A stretch of 64,000 bases of DNA from Psammoneis japonica (taxonomy: Eukaryota), in the NCBI GenBank assembly GCA_008632985.1, contig QPGO01000077.1, positions 310,001-374,000 on the forward strand. The letters run 5' to 3'. The notes under the pieces are model-generated. The model was not told the DNA's origin and ran no database searches. It saw only the letters and a list, made by a program, of their open reading frames with translations. This document shows positions 34,198 through 47,032 of this stretch, piece by piece. How positions within the stretch are numbered: position 1 is the stretch's first letter; every line of letters begins with the position of its first letter. The position numbers were made by a program, and so were the translations under genes.

Positions 34198-35887
34198 ATG
34201 GTTACCGGTACTTCTAAAGGAAAAGACCCGCAATCTCCGTCACCGCATGCCGAAGGGGCTGTCCGACACAAGGAGAAGAGACGAACCGGAACTTGCCGAT
34301 TTGCCGACCGTGTGGCTCGCATATCCCTTGATGCCTACAATTCTAGTGTTCCAGATTCATTCCGATCTACCCAGCAGCATACTTGTGTGTCTACCATTGT
34401 GGCGCATTTTGCCCCCACCCACGTCGATAACGACGAAGAAGGCCATTTGCAAGTAATGGCTCTAGGAGTCGGAACCAAATTTCTCCCGGAATCAGTTTTG
34501 CGACAGGAAGAAGCAGTATCTTCGGATTCGTATCACCTTCAGAGGGAGACGCCTTGTTATGGAAAGCGTGTACGAGATTGTCACGCTGAGGTTCTGGCAC
34601 GTCGGGCGTTTCGGAGACAGCTGTGCTTAGAGATCCAAAAGGACTTAGCCAACGATGGCGACATTTCTACTAACAACCCAATGAATGCAATGAGACCGAT
34701 TCTTGAACGCTCTGAAACTTTCGACGAGGGTCAAGCTATTCGTTACAGACTGCTACCAAGCGTTACGTTACACATGTATTGTAGTTCTGCACCATGCGGA
34801 AACGCCACGGTACGTGATTAATACGGGGCCGTCATTCTTTGTACTGATGCAGAACGCGCATTTCATTTGTTTACTGTTTGCTTTAAAATCAGTTGAAAAA
34901 GTTTACAAAAATGGAAAAGGAGACGTTCAACAATAAGCTGGGCGCCGATGAATGGCCTTGTGCAGAGCACGAGCCCATTCCATCTCATTCCCTTCGATTG
35001 GGACAGTTTGCACTGCTCGTGAAAAAGGACAATTCCATTTCAATAGAAGAATCAGCCCCACATCCCTCTGAATCCGCCACAAAAGGAAAGGTTTGGCCAG
35101 CCAATCAGAGTGACGATTGGTGTCCACCAGGAACGTCCATTGTTTTGTTCCAAAAGGGCTCTCTGCACACTTGTTCGGATAAGATTTGTCGTTGGAACTG
35201 CCTCGGTTTGCAAGGGTCTTTGCTTTCATCCCTCCTTGATTCTCCCTTGTACATGACGACTCTAACCGTTGGTAGGAAATTGACCGGGTGCATTTGTCGA
35301 AGAGCTGTTTGCTGCCGAGCTTCACCACCAGCAAAGATTGCACCGAGTACTGGCAAATATCGTTTGAACCATCCTGCAATCATGGGGACCGGTGTGTATA
35401 TGGACGAGTCTGGTAGGTATTTTTGCGTTTGCCGGTTATTTGTCTGCTCTTGTTCCCTCAATGGTTGAGACGTTGTTGGCTTGCAGGTGTCATTGACATG
35501 ACTCAGTCGACTTGTGTTGGTCAAGATGTTAGGTTTACAACTTCGCAATGCTGGGCGTGGTGCCCATTGATGAACGAGGCAGAATGCATTGATGGTTCTA
35601 CCGGATTCGTCCATAATTTCGAAGTTGACGCCAAGAATGAAAGCACAACGATATCGAGTGTAAGTACAGCCGCTCTCCTCTCCTTGTTTCGCAGCATTGC
35701 GGCGTCGATACCGCAGTTGAGTCATTTGACAATGGACAACAGGAATCTTTCGTTGTCGGAGCTTCGGTCATTGAAACGTGCTGCATGTCCCGAATACGAG
35801 AATGCCAAGGATGAACTCATGACGAGGCACAGGATCTTTCGACAGTGGAGGAGACGAGAGAATGAAGCACGACTAATCGAGAAGTAA
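34198..35887 (+). CDS. Adenosine deaminase acting on RNA/tRNA (ADAT1/ADAR catalytic domain, no dsRBD seen), three exons
   Basis: ALGVGTK, DCHAEVLARRAF, SAPCGNA, TCSDKICRWNCLGLQGSLLS; introns ~34810-34892 and ~35413-35487. Confidence 0.88.
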
Positions 35888-36105
35888 AACAGTTTCACTA
35901 GGTAGGTGTTTCATTAACTTGACAAGACATATATAGTGAACTGGATCATAATCATCCAACCAGATTGCGTTAACCTTCCATGTATCCAGATCAAATTTGG
36001 GCTGAAGAGACAAACCAAGCAGTTGGGTTAGCGATGAAATCCTAAAGGACGCGACTCTGAGCGCAACTTTGCACTTACTGATTATCCATTTAGAAAGGGT
36101 CACCT

Positions 36106-36636
36106 CTAATCACCACTCTTCCTGGGGCTGGGGCACTCCTTGGCGATATGGCCCTCCTCACCACAGTTGTAACAAGCTTTGTTTCCAGCTGGCTTGGTGC
36201 AATCCGCAGAAATGTGACCAATCCTGTGAAGCAAAAACAAATCGGAGAATTTGTGAGCTCAGCTCGAACGCGGGACCAAAAATGTTCGTTAGGACGCAGT
36301 GCTACTTACTTTCCGCAATTGAAGCAGCGGCGGTACTGGGCACGGGCCTTGTTGATGACCTTACGATCTTCACCTTCGAGGCGTTCATTGCTGCAATCCC
36401 GAGCAATGTGACCAGTCTGGAAAAAAAGTGGAACGATGGGACGAACAAATAATGTGAGCATCCAGAGGAACAACTTTCAATACTTCGCACCTCTTCTACT
36501 GTATAGCTTCACTTACCTGTCCACAGTTGTAACAGGTCTTCTCACGAGGTCCAGAGCGCCTCGGCCTGTCACCCTTGGGTGCTGCCTTTCCCTCCTCGGG
36601 GGCAGCGTCGCCTGCCTCGTTCCACTCTCCTGACAT
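36106..36636 (-). CDS. Small CCHC zinc-knuckle protein (CNBP/GIS2-like), three exons
   Basis: Spliced product has CYNCGQ|TGHIARDC, CFNCGK|IGHISADC and CYNCGEEGHIAKEC; two GT-AG introns. Confidence 0.85.
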
Positions 36637-37614
36637 AATGCTGAAAACAAAACGGAAGAGCGACAAGTTCGATGTGAGCAAAAGCTGGGTCAATGTTTAC
36701 AGACCACGACAAGAAGAGCGCGGCATTGCTGCAAGTTTTGAGCATGAATGACACTTGCGCAACATTACATGTTGTCATTGTCTTCGACATAACGGGGATA
36801 ACCGTCGTGGCTCGCGTTTTCAGCGATGAAGAACAAATACGAGGAATTCCCAACAGCAGAAAACGTATCGTTAGCCAATTACATCCCACAGATGACTACC
36901 ACTATGAACACATGAAATGGGTGACAACTACATGTACGACACGATATATTTATATCTCAACGTCAACAACGGCTGCGACGACATGGTCATCACCCACCTT
37001 GCGATCCTTCTTCCGCCACAAGATGAGCGCCAGCTGCCGAAGCGTCGGGCGGAAGCGTTGAATTGAGAGGGGCCGCGTAGAAATCTACAGGATGTCAATA
37101 CTGGATGTCGCAGTTCGCATCGTATCTTATCAATCAGTCGTTGCCACGTGCGTGACCATATGTTTTGACGTGTCTCGTAGAATATACTCACAATAGTACC
37201 ACGGTTGAAATATCAAAGAAAGATACTCTTCGCCACGTTTTTATATATTGAACGAAGAAACTGATTGACGTGCCATCCGTTGAATTTATGTACTTTATAG
37301 TGGCATAAAGATTATACATGAACTCTCCTCTACGTAGACCATTTGTAGACACATACCAATGTTCCGGCGAACACCTTCACTTCAATATCTGCATGTTCGG
37401 CATGAAGGTTGATTATTTTTTGTCTGTCCTCCGCGCTCACGATCTCTCTCCGCCCTTCATTTTTTCAGCACGATTTCCCTCCGACAAACGCTACTGTGCA
37501 CGAAAAAGAGACAACACACGACCACACGACATCATACATCATACACAAACAAACGACTTGTAGGTGAACTCGAAAGGCAGCTATTCGATACTAATAACAC
37601 AAAAATCTCAAGCC

Positions 37615-39394
37615 ATGCCTTCTGCCAAGAAATACAAACTATTTTCTGCAAAGACCGAAGACGGATCAGTTCCTCTCTGTGCTTTTTATGCTTCGGAAGC
37701 TGGATGCCGAAACGGCGACAGCTGCAAGTTCAAACACGCACTACCCGAAACCTCTCCGCCTGTTGTTGCATCCTCGTCATCATCCGTGGTAAGTTCCGAA
37801 AGCGAAGGTGAGATTGTCGAAAACAAGGACTCCGAGACGGCTGTTAACAAGAAGGACGATGGTATTTTTGCAAAGCCCGGAGCGATTGTAGCCAAGAAGA
37901 CCCCGACAAAGAGTGACAACAACAACAAGCAAAAGAAGAACAAAAAGAAACGAAAGAGTAGCGAAGGTAATGAAGACATTTTTGCCAATCCCAAAAAAAG
38001 TGCTTCAACTACTCCCCCACCCCCTCAACCCAAGCAAAAGAAGCAAAAGGCCTCCAACCCCCCGTCAGCGGCGACCAGTACCCCCGGTCCTTATGCGGCC
38101 ATGGCGGATGCTGCAAAAAAGCTTCAGCACCCACCCTCCTCTTCCAACGATAAAAAGACAAAGGATCCCCCCTCTCAAAAGAAAAAAGCCAAGAAGCAAA
38201 AGCAGGACGATGCTCCTGATTTTCGTAACTTGAAACTCCCGGTTGCGTCGTTCTCTATGCCTTCTGAAAAGAATCAAAAGGATAAGAAGGCGACTCCCAA
38301 AAAGGCTGAATCCTTTGCCGACACGTCAGACATTTCTGTCGAGTCCTCCACCCCGGAACTTCCCCTCCCCAAATCCACCCCTACCGGTCTGAAATGGCAA
38401 GATGCTGTTCTCAAGACACGTGCCCATGAGCGCTACGATGGTTCCTTTTCCTTTGACAAATTCAAGGAAGCGGATCAAGCGGCCGGCATTGGCGCTGCGT
38501 CGGAATGGGTCAAGGCACGGCCGTTTGGATCGTGGTGTGCCAAGAATCCCCAAGCGATTGCGATTGATTGTGAAATGTGTGAAACACAAGATCCCGTGTC
38601 GGGTGTTCGGAACCCCAAAGCACTATGCCGTGTAAGTATTGTCAATGCCGAAAAGCCAGACGAGGTGCTTTTGGACAGTCTGGTCAAGCCGGCGTGGCCT
38701 GTAAAGGATTATCGTACGTGGGTGAATGGTATCAAGGAGGAGGATTTGGAAAATGTGCAGTTTACGCTTCGTCATGCCCAGGCTTTTTGATGGCTCTCTG
38801 CAGTGAAGAGACTGTGATTGTTGGACACGCCTTGCACAATGACTTGGCGGCGCTTGGCATGGAGCATCATTGCAACGTGGATTCGGCATTGCTTTTTCCG
38901 TCAAGGACTCGCCAGACTCGTCTCCCAGTCTAAAGGACCTTGCCAAGTCCGAGTTGAGCCAAGACATGCCAACAAAGCACGACTCTGTCAATGATGCTCG
39001 CGTGGCCTTGCTGTGTCTCGAGTCGTACCTAAAGTGTGACGGAAATGTCAAGCCCGTGGTTCGTACTCCACGTGCCAACAAGAAACACGGCTTTCAATTG
39101 TTTGTCCATCGAGTGCCAAAGGTATGCCAACCATCACATCTGTCCAGCATGTTTTTGACTCACACGTCTATTCAGCCAACCGAGGTGGGTGATATTGAGT
39201 TTTCGGGAGAATCGGGCAAGACGCTAGTCTCGTTTCAAACGACTCGTCATGCCAACTTGGCATTCGACACGTTGGCAGGAAACGAAGAAGCTGACAAATC
39301 TGGACGAATGCAAAAGAAGGTGTTTCTTCGTAATGGAGACTACGTTCGAGTGCGCAAAATGACATTTCCTAGACCGCAGACTCCGGCTTCGTGA
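37615..39394 (+). CDS. CCCH zinc finger + DEDDh RNA exonuclease (REXO1-like) + C-terminal RRM-like region; apparent frameshifts
   Basis: CAFYASEAGCRNGDSCKFKH; AIDCEMCET; IVGHALHNDL; HDSVNDAR. Frame breaks in T runs at ~38788 and ~38897. Confidence 0.85.
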
Positions 39395-39879
39395 GATCTG
39401 AAACGATCACACCTCTCACATATTAGTAGCTTCGAACTTACGAAATAGAGTCGATCGTGATATGTTGAACGATAACAAAGTAGTCGAATGTTATAGCTCA
39501 GAGAGATATTGAAAGACATGAGAAGCGGACAAGATAAATGTACAATGATTCCCCAGTGGCATGTACCATGGCTTAGAGCCTACGTTATCTATCTTCTACA
39601 GTAGGATTCCGAATGGTCCCCGACTAAGATAGCCAATGCAGTGCTATATGTAGAAATGGTTATCAACAAGACAGTCGAGCTCTTGAAAATGCGGCGCGCA
39701 GGTATGCAGGAAAACAAGTGGTGGACGCCTGTGAATGAAAGATCCAAAAAAGATCGTCCCACATACAAAAACAACGTAGAATCTACGTAGGGCCCTACAG
39801 GAGCTGAAATCTTTCGTTTTTTTCGCAACACACTCTACACACCCATAAAAGATCTTCTCTCGGAATCAAAACTAAAGCC

Positions 39880-41522
39880 ATGACGAGTCAATCAGAAGAT
39901 CACGCTCTTTCCCATGTCGGAAAGGCTGCTTACAAGGAGCTATCGACCAAGCACGAAAGGTATCGCGATAAGCTGTGGAATGTGTCGTCCGGTAAAGTCA
40001 TTGGTGATGTACACCACACACCCAAAGACTGCTGGTCGCTCGACGCCGATCCTGCAGCCGGCCATTCGGATTGGTTCAAGGATAAAATTTGCGAAATTAT
40101 GAGTCGTACTCAAATCTGGTGTGATTTCATGAGCCTCGATATTCCCGACGGAGCCTTTATGGTCAAGATCAAGGAGGCACTCGCCAACATTTGTGCCAAT
40201 TCCAAAAAACAAGATGAGAACAAACCAATCACGGTTCGATTCATGTTTGGGCACGTCATCAAACCTCTCGATTGCAACGCTTTGCTAGAAGAGTTAACCC
40301 AAGACCTTGATGATGATGATGCCAATATTCAATTTTGGGTCGGAGCATGGAGGAAGAAAATGTGTTGGAATCATGCAAAAATCATCGCCGTAGACGGACA
40401 ATACTTACATACAGGAGGACACAATTTGTGGGACGACGTTTACCTGCAAAAGGACCCAATCCACGATATTTCGGTCGAACTCGAGGGCAAGGTTGCAATT
40501 GATGCCCATCACTATGCCGATGAACAGTGGAGGTTTATTCAAATCAAGCAATCTACGCTGATTGGCAAATTCAAGAGCATGCTGCCGGACTCATGGTGGG
40601 GGCCGTACCGAACTCGGGTCACTGTAAGTGAATTCCCTCAAGGAAAGGCGTCGATATTCCCACCCATGTTTGATCCTGCAAACGTCAAGCCATCACAAGC
40701 AAAGTAGATGGCGTTGTGCCCATGATTAGCATGGGGAGATATGGTAACATCTTTCATGACGCGAGATCCGCCGATGACGCCTTTCTTGCCATGTTTGACG
40801 CTGCAGAGAGCTCCATTTCCTTGGCACTCCAAGACTTGGGTCCTGTCAACAAGACTGTCAAGGGCAAGAAAATTGTGTACAAGTCATGGCCGAAAAACTA
40901 CATGAGCGCTCTTGGTCGAGCCATGTTTACCAAGGGCGTTGACGTGAATCTGGTATTGAGCAACCCAGGATCGGGTGAGCACAGAGGAAACTACAGCAAC
41001 GGATGGGGGTGTGATGAGGTGGCGGCCGAGATTACAAAAACCATCAAGGAACAGTTTCCCGAGGCGACGGATGAAGATTGTCGCAAAAAAGTGACGGAGA
41101 ACCTACGTGTGTGCTTCTTGAAAACAAAGTTGGGTTCGTGCTGGAACTCTGGCAACAAACAGGGATTGCATTCCAAGTTTTTCATTGTCGACGATGTTTG
41201 CACCTACATTGGCTCCCAGAATCTTTACGTGTTTGACCTTGCGGAATGGGGCGTCCTTGTTGACGACAAGAAACAAACGTCAGAGTTCATCAAGACATTG
41301 TGGGAACCCATGTGGAAGCATTCGTACACGGGCGAGGACTGCGACGTGGAAAAAGTCATGGACGGTCTCGATATCGACCGAGAACCAACAGCGTCTGCGG
41401 CGAGAGGAGGCATGTCGGAAATCGCAGCATTAGAATGCAACAGAAATGTGGAGAACTTGGGAGACTCCAAATTCTACATTGACGAGGAAGTCGAAGAGAA
41501 GGAGCATTGCATCATCTCGTAA
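39880..41522 (+). CDS. Phospholipase D family protein with two HKD motifs (one apparent frameshift ~40705)
   Basis: WNHAKIIAVDG...TGGHN and HSKFFIVDD...YIGSQNLY; no introns seen. Confidence 0.88.
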
Positions 41523-42066
41523 TTTGTCATCGATGATACGAACGCAAGTCACATTTACTATTGCTCACATCGAGTCTCAGCAGTAGATCAACTAATTTTA
41601 GCAGTTACTGCATTGGAAAGTGTCACATTCTCGTCCCACGCCCATTACTGTGACACACTTCACATGCGGTAATTTTGTGTTCCTTAGACATCGACCCGCG
41701 GCATGAGCGAAACAATAGGAATAGCGCAATCTCTGGGCGAGGAATACTGTCTAGGACGATTTTCGTTTTCAAAAGTTAGTTATTGAGCGAAATACGCCCC
41801 CCTCCAAAATCCCCATAGAGAGTATGACAAGTCCTTCATCTGAAGCCAGAGCAAACTAACTTACAGCGAAGCAATACCCTACCTGCTACACAGCCAAGCG
41901 CCCAGAGACAACCGTGTTGCTAATGGCAACTTAGGCGAGTCGTGTCTTTTTCCTGTTCGTTTCAGGAACAATTGACATTGTCGCGACTTTGTTGCACAAG
42001 AGAAGACATTGGAACGAGGGGAGCAGCAAACGGGGATTTAAAAAGTCAGCAGGATGAAGAGGACAA

Positions 42067-45000
42067 TTACGTGACCAGTTTGCTGACCGACTTACCTCTC
42101 TTTCGACGATATGTCGTCGTTGTAGGACCCGGCGGGCATCGCAGCGTGTTCTCGACTAGACTCTGACCTGCCGAGCCTGTAATAGTGTTGGCATCTGATT
42201 CAAACTCTACAGTCAGAGTATCTTCCAAATGCCTGTTTTGAAGCATGGTTTCTTGCCCCTTGGAGCTGCCCGTGTTTGCGTCAATCGATTGAAGTGGGAT
42301 ACTTGGCGTCATAGTTTTGCCTGCCTTCGTTTTCAGCGTATGGCGTGAGCTTGACGCTTCTGGAAGCTGAATGTGAGGTGGAAAAGCATTCTCGTCCTGC
42401 AGGTGTTCAAGAGGGACAGTGATGCACGGAGCGTTTGCGGAAGTCTTATCACTCAACGTCGTTTCCTCCTCAGGGTTGATCAACACGGCGTGATCCGCGG
42501 CGACACTCGACTCATCCTCGTCGCAAAAATCCGTTTCTAAGTAGTGTGATCCGTGAGAAGGAATTCTGTGTTCATTCGAAATCGGTGCTACAGGTTCCCC
42601 AGCTACCGTTCCCGTAATGAAATGGGAATCCCTCATCAACTCGGGAGAAGTATGTCCGTCGCAAACGGCGTAGCGGATTCGAGCATCTTTGCCGTTGATC
42701 TTATTCTCGTGGATCTTCCAGGCTGCAGCGTCCTCGACTGTCAACGCGAATTCTCTCTCGTTAAAAGCAGTTGATGACACTCGTCGCATACGAGCTTCCC
42801 ACGCACACTCCCATCGCTCAAGTATTGTGTTGACATGAGGAACTACGTCACCAGGGCTTCCAGAAAGGCTACAAAGGCACGTGACAACTTCGTCGGTCAA
42901 TCGATATCCATTCAACTCACTTACTTCACACCAAATCGCATGGACAAGATATCTTGCTCTGGTAAAGGTCGAGTCGCGGCGATCGGGAGGGAGCTGTTGG
43001 GAAGCGGCAGGAGGCTCTTGGGTTGTTGATAGGGATGGTAGAAATCGAGAAGTACTTAGCCCCGGAACATTATTCGATGCAAGGGGTATTTCAAAGAGGC
43101 TTTCCGAATCATTCGAAACTTCTGGTTGATGTCTCCGGTGTATCACGGGTGAATGCGGTCTGTTTTTCCAGGCCAGAGCGTCAGCTGCATTTAGTTTCTC
43201 ACCACTCGAGTTGCCAGATGCAATCCGAGATCCACACGCAACAAGAGCAACTTCCCACCTCCGGCGTATAACTGATTCGTCTGGGATGGTAGCATCGAAA
43301 TTTCCAGATAGTTCGCACAGATTCTGAACAACTGCATCTGGCAATCCATGTCCTCGATACTTTGGAACCCCGTTCCAAAGTTTTTCAACAATGGGCTTCG
43401 CCTCTGCGGTGATACGTTGGAGGCGGATTGCCTCGTTCGCACTGGCCATTGATGGATCCGCAGCCTCTTGCCACCGCGCAGCGTTCGAATTGCTCTCCAC
43501 GGATGAATCTTTCGATGTTCTATACAAAGGATCAGAAGTCAAACTTGCAGCGTCAGATTGCAACGGTTCGACGTGAGACCCATTTATTTCCTTCTTCCAG
43601 GCTTTAGCATCCTCTGACGTTATCATGAGGCCCCTCCGTTTCTTACATGCTGCCAGCGCAAGATTCCATCTGTGACGTATAACGGATTCGTTGGGGATTC
43701 TAGCTTGTTGCGTTCGAGACAGATCGCACAGAATTTGCACGACATTATGTGGCAATTTACGTCCGTGACAGTTTGGATTTTCATCCCAAAGTTTTTGAAC
43801 TTGGGGCTTCGCCTCTGCGGTGATGCATTGGAGGCGGATTGCCTCGTGAGATCCGTTTGTTTCCTTCTTCCACGCTAGAGCATCCTCTGACGTTATCACG
43901 AAACCCCTACGTTTCTTACATGCTGCCAGCGCCAGATTCCATCTGTGGCGTATCACGGATTCGTTGGGGATTCTAGCTTGTTGTGTTCGAGAAAGATCGC
44001 ACAGATTCCGCACGACTTTATGCGGCAATTTACGACCACGACAGTTTGGATTTTCATCCCAAAATTTTTGAACTCGGGGCATCGCCTCTTCCGTGATGCG
44101 TTGGAGGCGAGCACGGTATCCCTCATCTGCTGATTCTTTCTTTCCCAAGAAAGCGACGCCGTGCGTTGCACACGACTGATCATTAGATGGCTCCCGGGTC
44201 AGATCCCCTTCGCCCATGGAAGTGGGATGCGGTGCGGCTTGTTCCCGATACAATGTACCAAGTGGCGAATCTGCCAATGCTGCACAAAGCTCAGTAGTCG
44301 ACGTGACGTTGGTCTCTGCTTTCCGTCCAGTCGCGTCCTCTAGTGATACTTCCAGGGTCCGTGGTTTGAATTGACCAGATTCAGCCCGTCTTTTCTGTCC
44401 TGTTCGGCATACGTTCGCCTCTGTCCTCCATGCTGGAGCTTCTTTTGATGACACTTTCACGGTGCATGGTTTGACACCCGTCTTTTGCATGCTGCTGCCA
44501 CTCTCCATCTGTGACAAAACTAGTTCGTCGGGGATTTCAGCGTTGAGTGCTCCAGTCAGACCACACAGATGCTGCACGTCTTGATTAGATAATGGCTGTG
44601 ATGGAAATTCTGCTTGAGGAGATAGCTTTGGAGTAGTATTCGCCTCGTTCGTGCCAGCGACGGAAGGATCCATCGCATCTTCAGAAAGCAACCCAGACGA
44701 AAAATCGTTCGTATTGCTTTTCATCGCTGAATCGTCGAATACTTTAGTTGAATCTGGTTTCTCCGATGTGACGTGTAATCGATGTCGTTTCGTTTCGCTG
44801 GTAGCGTCAGTTGCTGTTGTCGATGGTTCCGTGGGTGCGTGAGACGCTACGTGAGGATCACTCGTGGAATGATAGGTTGACTTCACGCTGCTGTTATCCC
44901 CATCATGTATTTGCGTTCCAGCATTGCTTTCAACGCAACCCTGCTGCTCCACTGAACAACAAGGGATATCCTGTGTTGTGGATGACTGCGTCGATAGCTC

Positions 45001-45201
45001 CTGCCCCGCTTCGGTCTTGCACGTGGAATTCTGTACAGCTGGATCCATGTTGGCGTCTTGCACTTTTGAACGGTCGTCAAAACGCTCTTCTTTGCTCATC
45101 CTCGACTCTACAATTGATTCCTTTGAAGCTTTCTCTGAAGACGATTGATTACTCGCCACTGGGCCGGTGCCCGCAACCATTTTTGTCCCCGCTCCGCCCA
45201 T
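42067..45201 (-). CDS. Large hypothetical protein with four copies of an ~90-aa internal domain
   Basis: 1044-aa ORF; repeats RLQxITxEAxP...W...L...VV..LCxLS...IPxESVIRxRW..AL.AC...DAxAWK. Confidence 0.7.
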   Translation of the reverse strand: MGGAGTKMVAGTGPVASNQSSSEKASKESIVESRMSKEERFDDRSKVQDANMDPAVQNSTCKTEAGQELSTQSSTTQDIPCCSVEQQGCVESNAGTQIHDGDNSSVKSTYHSTSDPHVASHAPTEPSTTATDATSETKRHRLHVTSEKPDSTKVFDDSAMKSNTNDFSSGLLSEDAMDPSVAGTNEANTTPKLSPQAEFPSQPLSNQDVQHLCGLTGALNAEIPDELVLSQMESGSSMQKTGVKPCTVKVSSKEAPAWRTEANVCRTGQKRRAESGQFKPRTLEVSLEDATGRKAETNVTSTTELCAALADSPLGTLYREQAAPHPTSMGEGDLTREPSNDQSCATHGVAFLGKKESADEGYRARLQRITEEAMPRVQKFWDENPNCRGRKLPHKVVRNLCDLSRTQQARIPNESVIRHRWNLALAACKKRRGFVITSEDALAWKKETNGSHEAIRLQCITAEAKPQVQKLWDENPNCHGRKLPHNVVQILCDLSRTQQARIPNESVIRHRWNLALAACKKRRGLMITSEDAKAWKKEINGSHVEPLQSDAASLTSDPLYRTSKDSSVESNSNAARWQEAADPSMASANEAIRLQRITAEAKPIVEKLWNGVPKYRGHGLPDAVVQNLCELSGNFDATIPDESVIRRRWEVALVACGSRIASGNSSGEKLNAADALAWKNRPHSPVIHRRHQPEVSNDSESLFEIPLASNNVPGLSTSRFLPSLSTTQEPPAASQQLPPDRRDSTFTRARYLVHAIWCEVSELNGYRLTDEVVTCLCSLSGSPGDVVPHVNTILERWECAWEARMRRVSSTAFNEREFALTVEDAAAWKIHENKINGKDARIRYAVCDGHTSPELMRDSHFITGTVAGEPVAPISNEHRIPSHGSHYLETDFCDEDESSVAADHAVLINPEEETTLSDKTSANAPCITVPLEHLQDENAFPPHIQLPEASSSRHTLKTKAGKTMTPSIPLQSIDANTGSSKGQETMLQNRHLEDTLTVEFESDANTITGSAGQSLVENTLRCPPGPTTTTYRRKRGKSVSKLVT

Positions 45202-46039
45202 TATTGTTGGTCATGGTGTCGAAAGAAAAATTATATGGTATGTTATCACATCGCGGCGCGGGAAAATAAGACGATGACGTCATGTCGACGTCATTTCTTC
45301 TACTCGCACCGTCCGTCCGCCACACCACACCAATTGTCGTCCGATGATACCGTACCGTTACACCCAAAATTCTACCCAAGTAGTATTTTTCTACTGGAAA
45401 GTGGAATTCTCGTATGTAGAACTGTCAATACGGTGTTGGTATCTTCTAAAAAGATCTACCGTACATCCACTGTTTATTCCACTCAGGTAGAAGGCACAGT
45501 ACCGGTAGAATTTTCGGAGCCAAAAATTCTACCCTGCGCGCCCCTTTCGCGCGATCTAAACCGTCTGTCCTTAGTGAGGTCGGGTGCGACGGTATGAACA
45601 AAAAAATACTGAAAGTTCTAGTACTCGTCTCAATGCGGCATCTCAACCATGAGCGTCGCCGAGTACAACCCCAGCAAATGTGCCAATGCCAACTTCATAT
45701 ATTTTGGCATGGAAAGCAGCACTCACAGGTGTCCTGAGTAGAGCCTAAACATTCGTGCTACTTGTGGCGAAAACAGACGGATGACTTGCACCACTTCTAA
45801 CTTTGACAAGCTCTAAAGCACCTATTTGAGATTGTTATTGTGAGTTCTATGTTTAAATGGTACTAAACAATTGCATTAGACAAAAGAATTGTCAGCATCT
45901 CATCGCACTTCCGCCAGCTTGACAAGAAAACAAGCTGCTCCCCAGCGCTGAATGCACGACCAAAGGTTGCAACCGTTGACATTTCTAGATTGTTCCACAT
46001 CCCCGGCTTGAGATGCATTTTTTAATAACTATTTGGTCC

Positions 46040-46815
46040 GTAATGACCTTGGTACTTTTGCTGCAATGGGTGCTGAGTGGACCTGTGAGCGACGACGAGA
46101 CCGGAGAAACAGTGAGGAGCAAACTCTGCCACACTTAAAAATCATCAAACGCCCAAAACATGAGATGTGTACAACAAACAAACATTACCATCACATTTTC
46201 GACACTATCATTAGCAAATTTTGTTGTTCTTACCTTTGCAGTCCGAAGCCGAGCTTGATTATGAATGCTACTGTGTCAGACGCGGCAGTCCTGTCAGTGT
46301 CCTCTCTGGGAGCAAAAGTCGCGAAACACCCAAGAGGTGAGGAGCAGCAACAAATCCACTGCAAGTATCATTTTTTTTCATAGTCATATTAGTCCATAGC
46401 GGTGTTCATGCCGTCGTTGCAATGGGTGCCGGGTAGACCTGTGAGCGACCACAAAACAATAGAAAAAGTGAGAGAAAAGCTGTGCCCCAGAAAAAAGCAT
46501 CAAACGCCCAAAAGACGGGCTTTGTGATGAATACAAACACAGCCATAAGATTTTGAATAGTTCCTTTAGCGAGTATTGGAATCTCACCTTTGTCCTTAAA
46601 TTACCGAGTAGAAATATCGACGCTACTGTTACCGACGCGGTGGCGCCGCGTGTTTCCTCTCTTGCAGCAAAAGTCATCAAACACCCAAAAGGCAAGGGTA
46701 AGCAAAAAATCCAAAGCAAGCATCTTTTTTTTCATAGTCTCATTAGTCAATATTGGTGTTCATACCTTTGCTGTAATGGGTACCGAGTAGGACTACGGGC
46801 GTTCAAAGGCCATGG
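46040..46815 (-). repeat. Diverged tandem ~355-bp repeat with exon/intron-like punctuation
   Basis: GYAATGGGTRCYGRGTRG motif at ~46063, ~46418 and ~46773; GCAAAAGTC..C.AAACACCCAA at ~46312 and ~46667. Confidence 0.6.
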
Positions 46816-47032
46816 TCAAGGTGACGGCACGGTGTTTTTCGGTGTTTTTTGAGCGTCGCTCGCTTCGTCTTGGAGTTTTTTTTCGGCTTCGCAACTCCTC
46901 GCGTGTGGTTTGCGTAGGTTGATTACTAGCACGTAGCTTCTATACTGATGGCTACGGCTTGGTCTTCTTCCCCGTAGGATGAGTACTACTCTCTACAGGG
47001 TAGAACTGAGGGTAGATTTTTTTGGATGTATT

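Noticed and set aside
46040..46815. CRISPR array or snoRNA cluster
   Set aside because: Units are long and diverged without constant repeat-spacer structure; no cas genes; no convincing C/D or H/ACA boxes.
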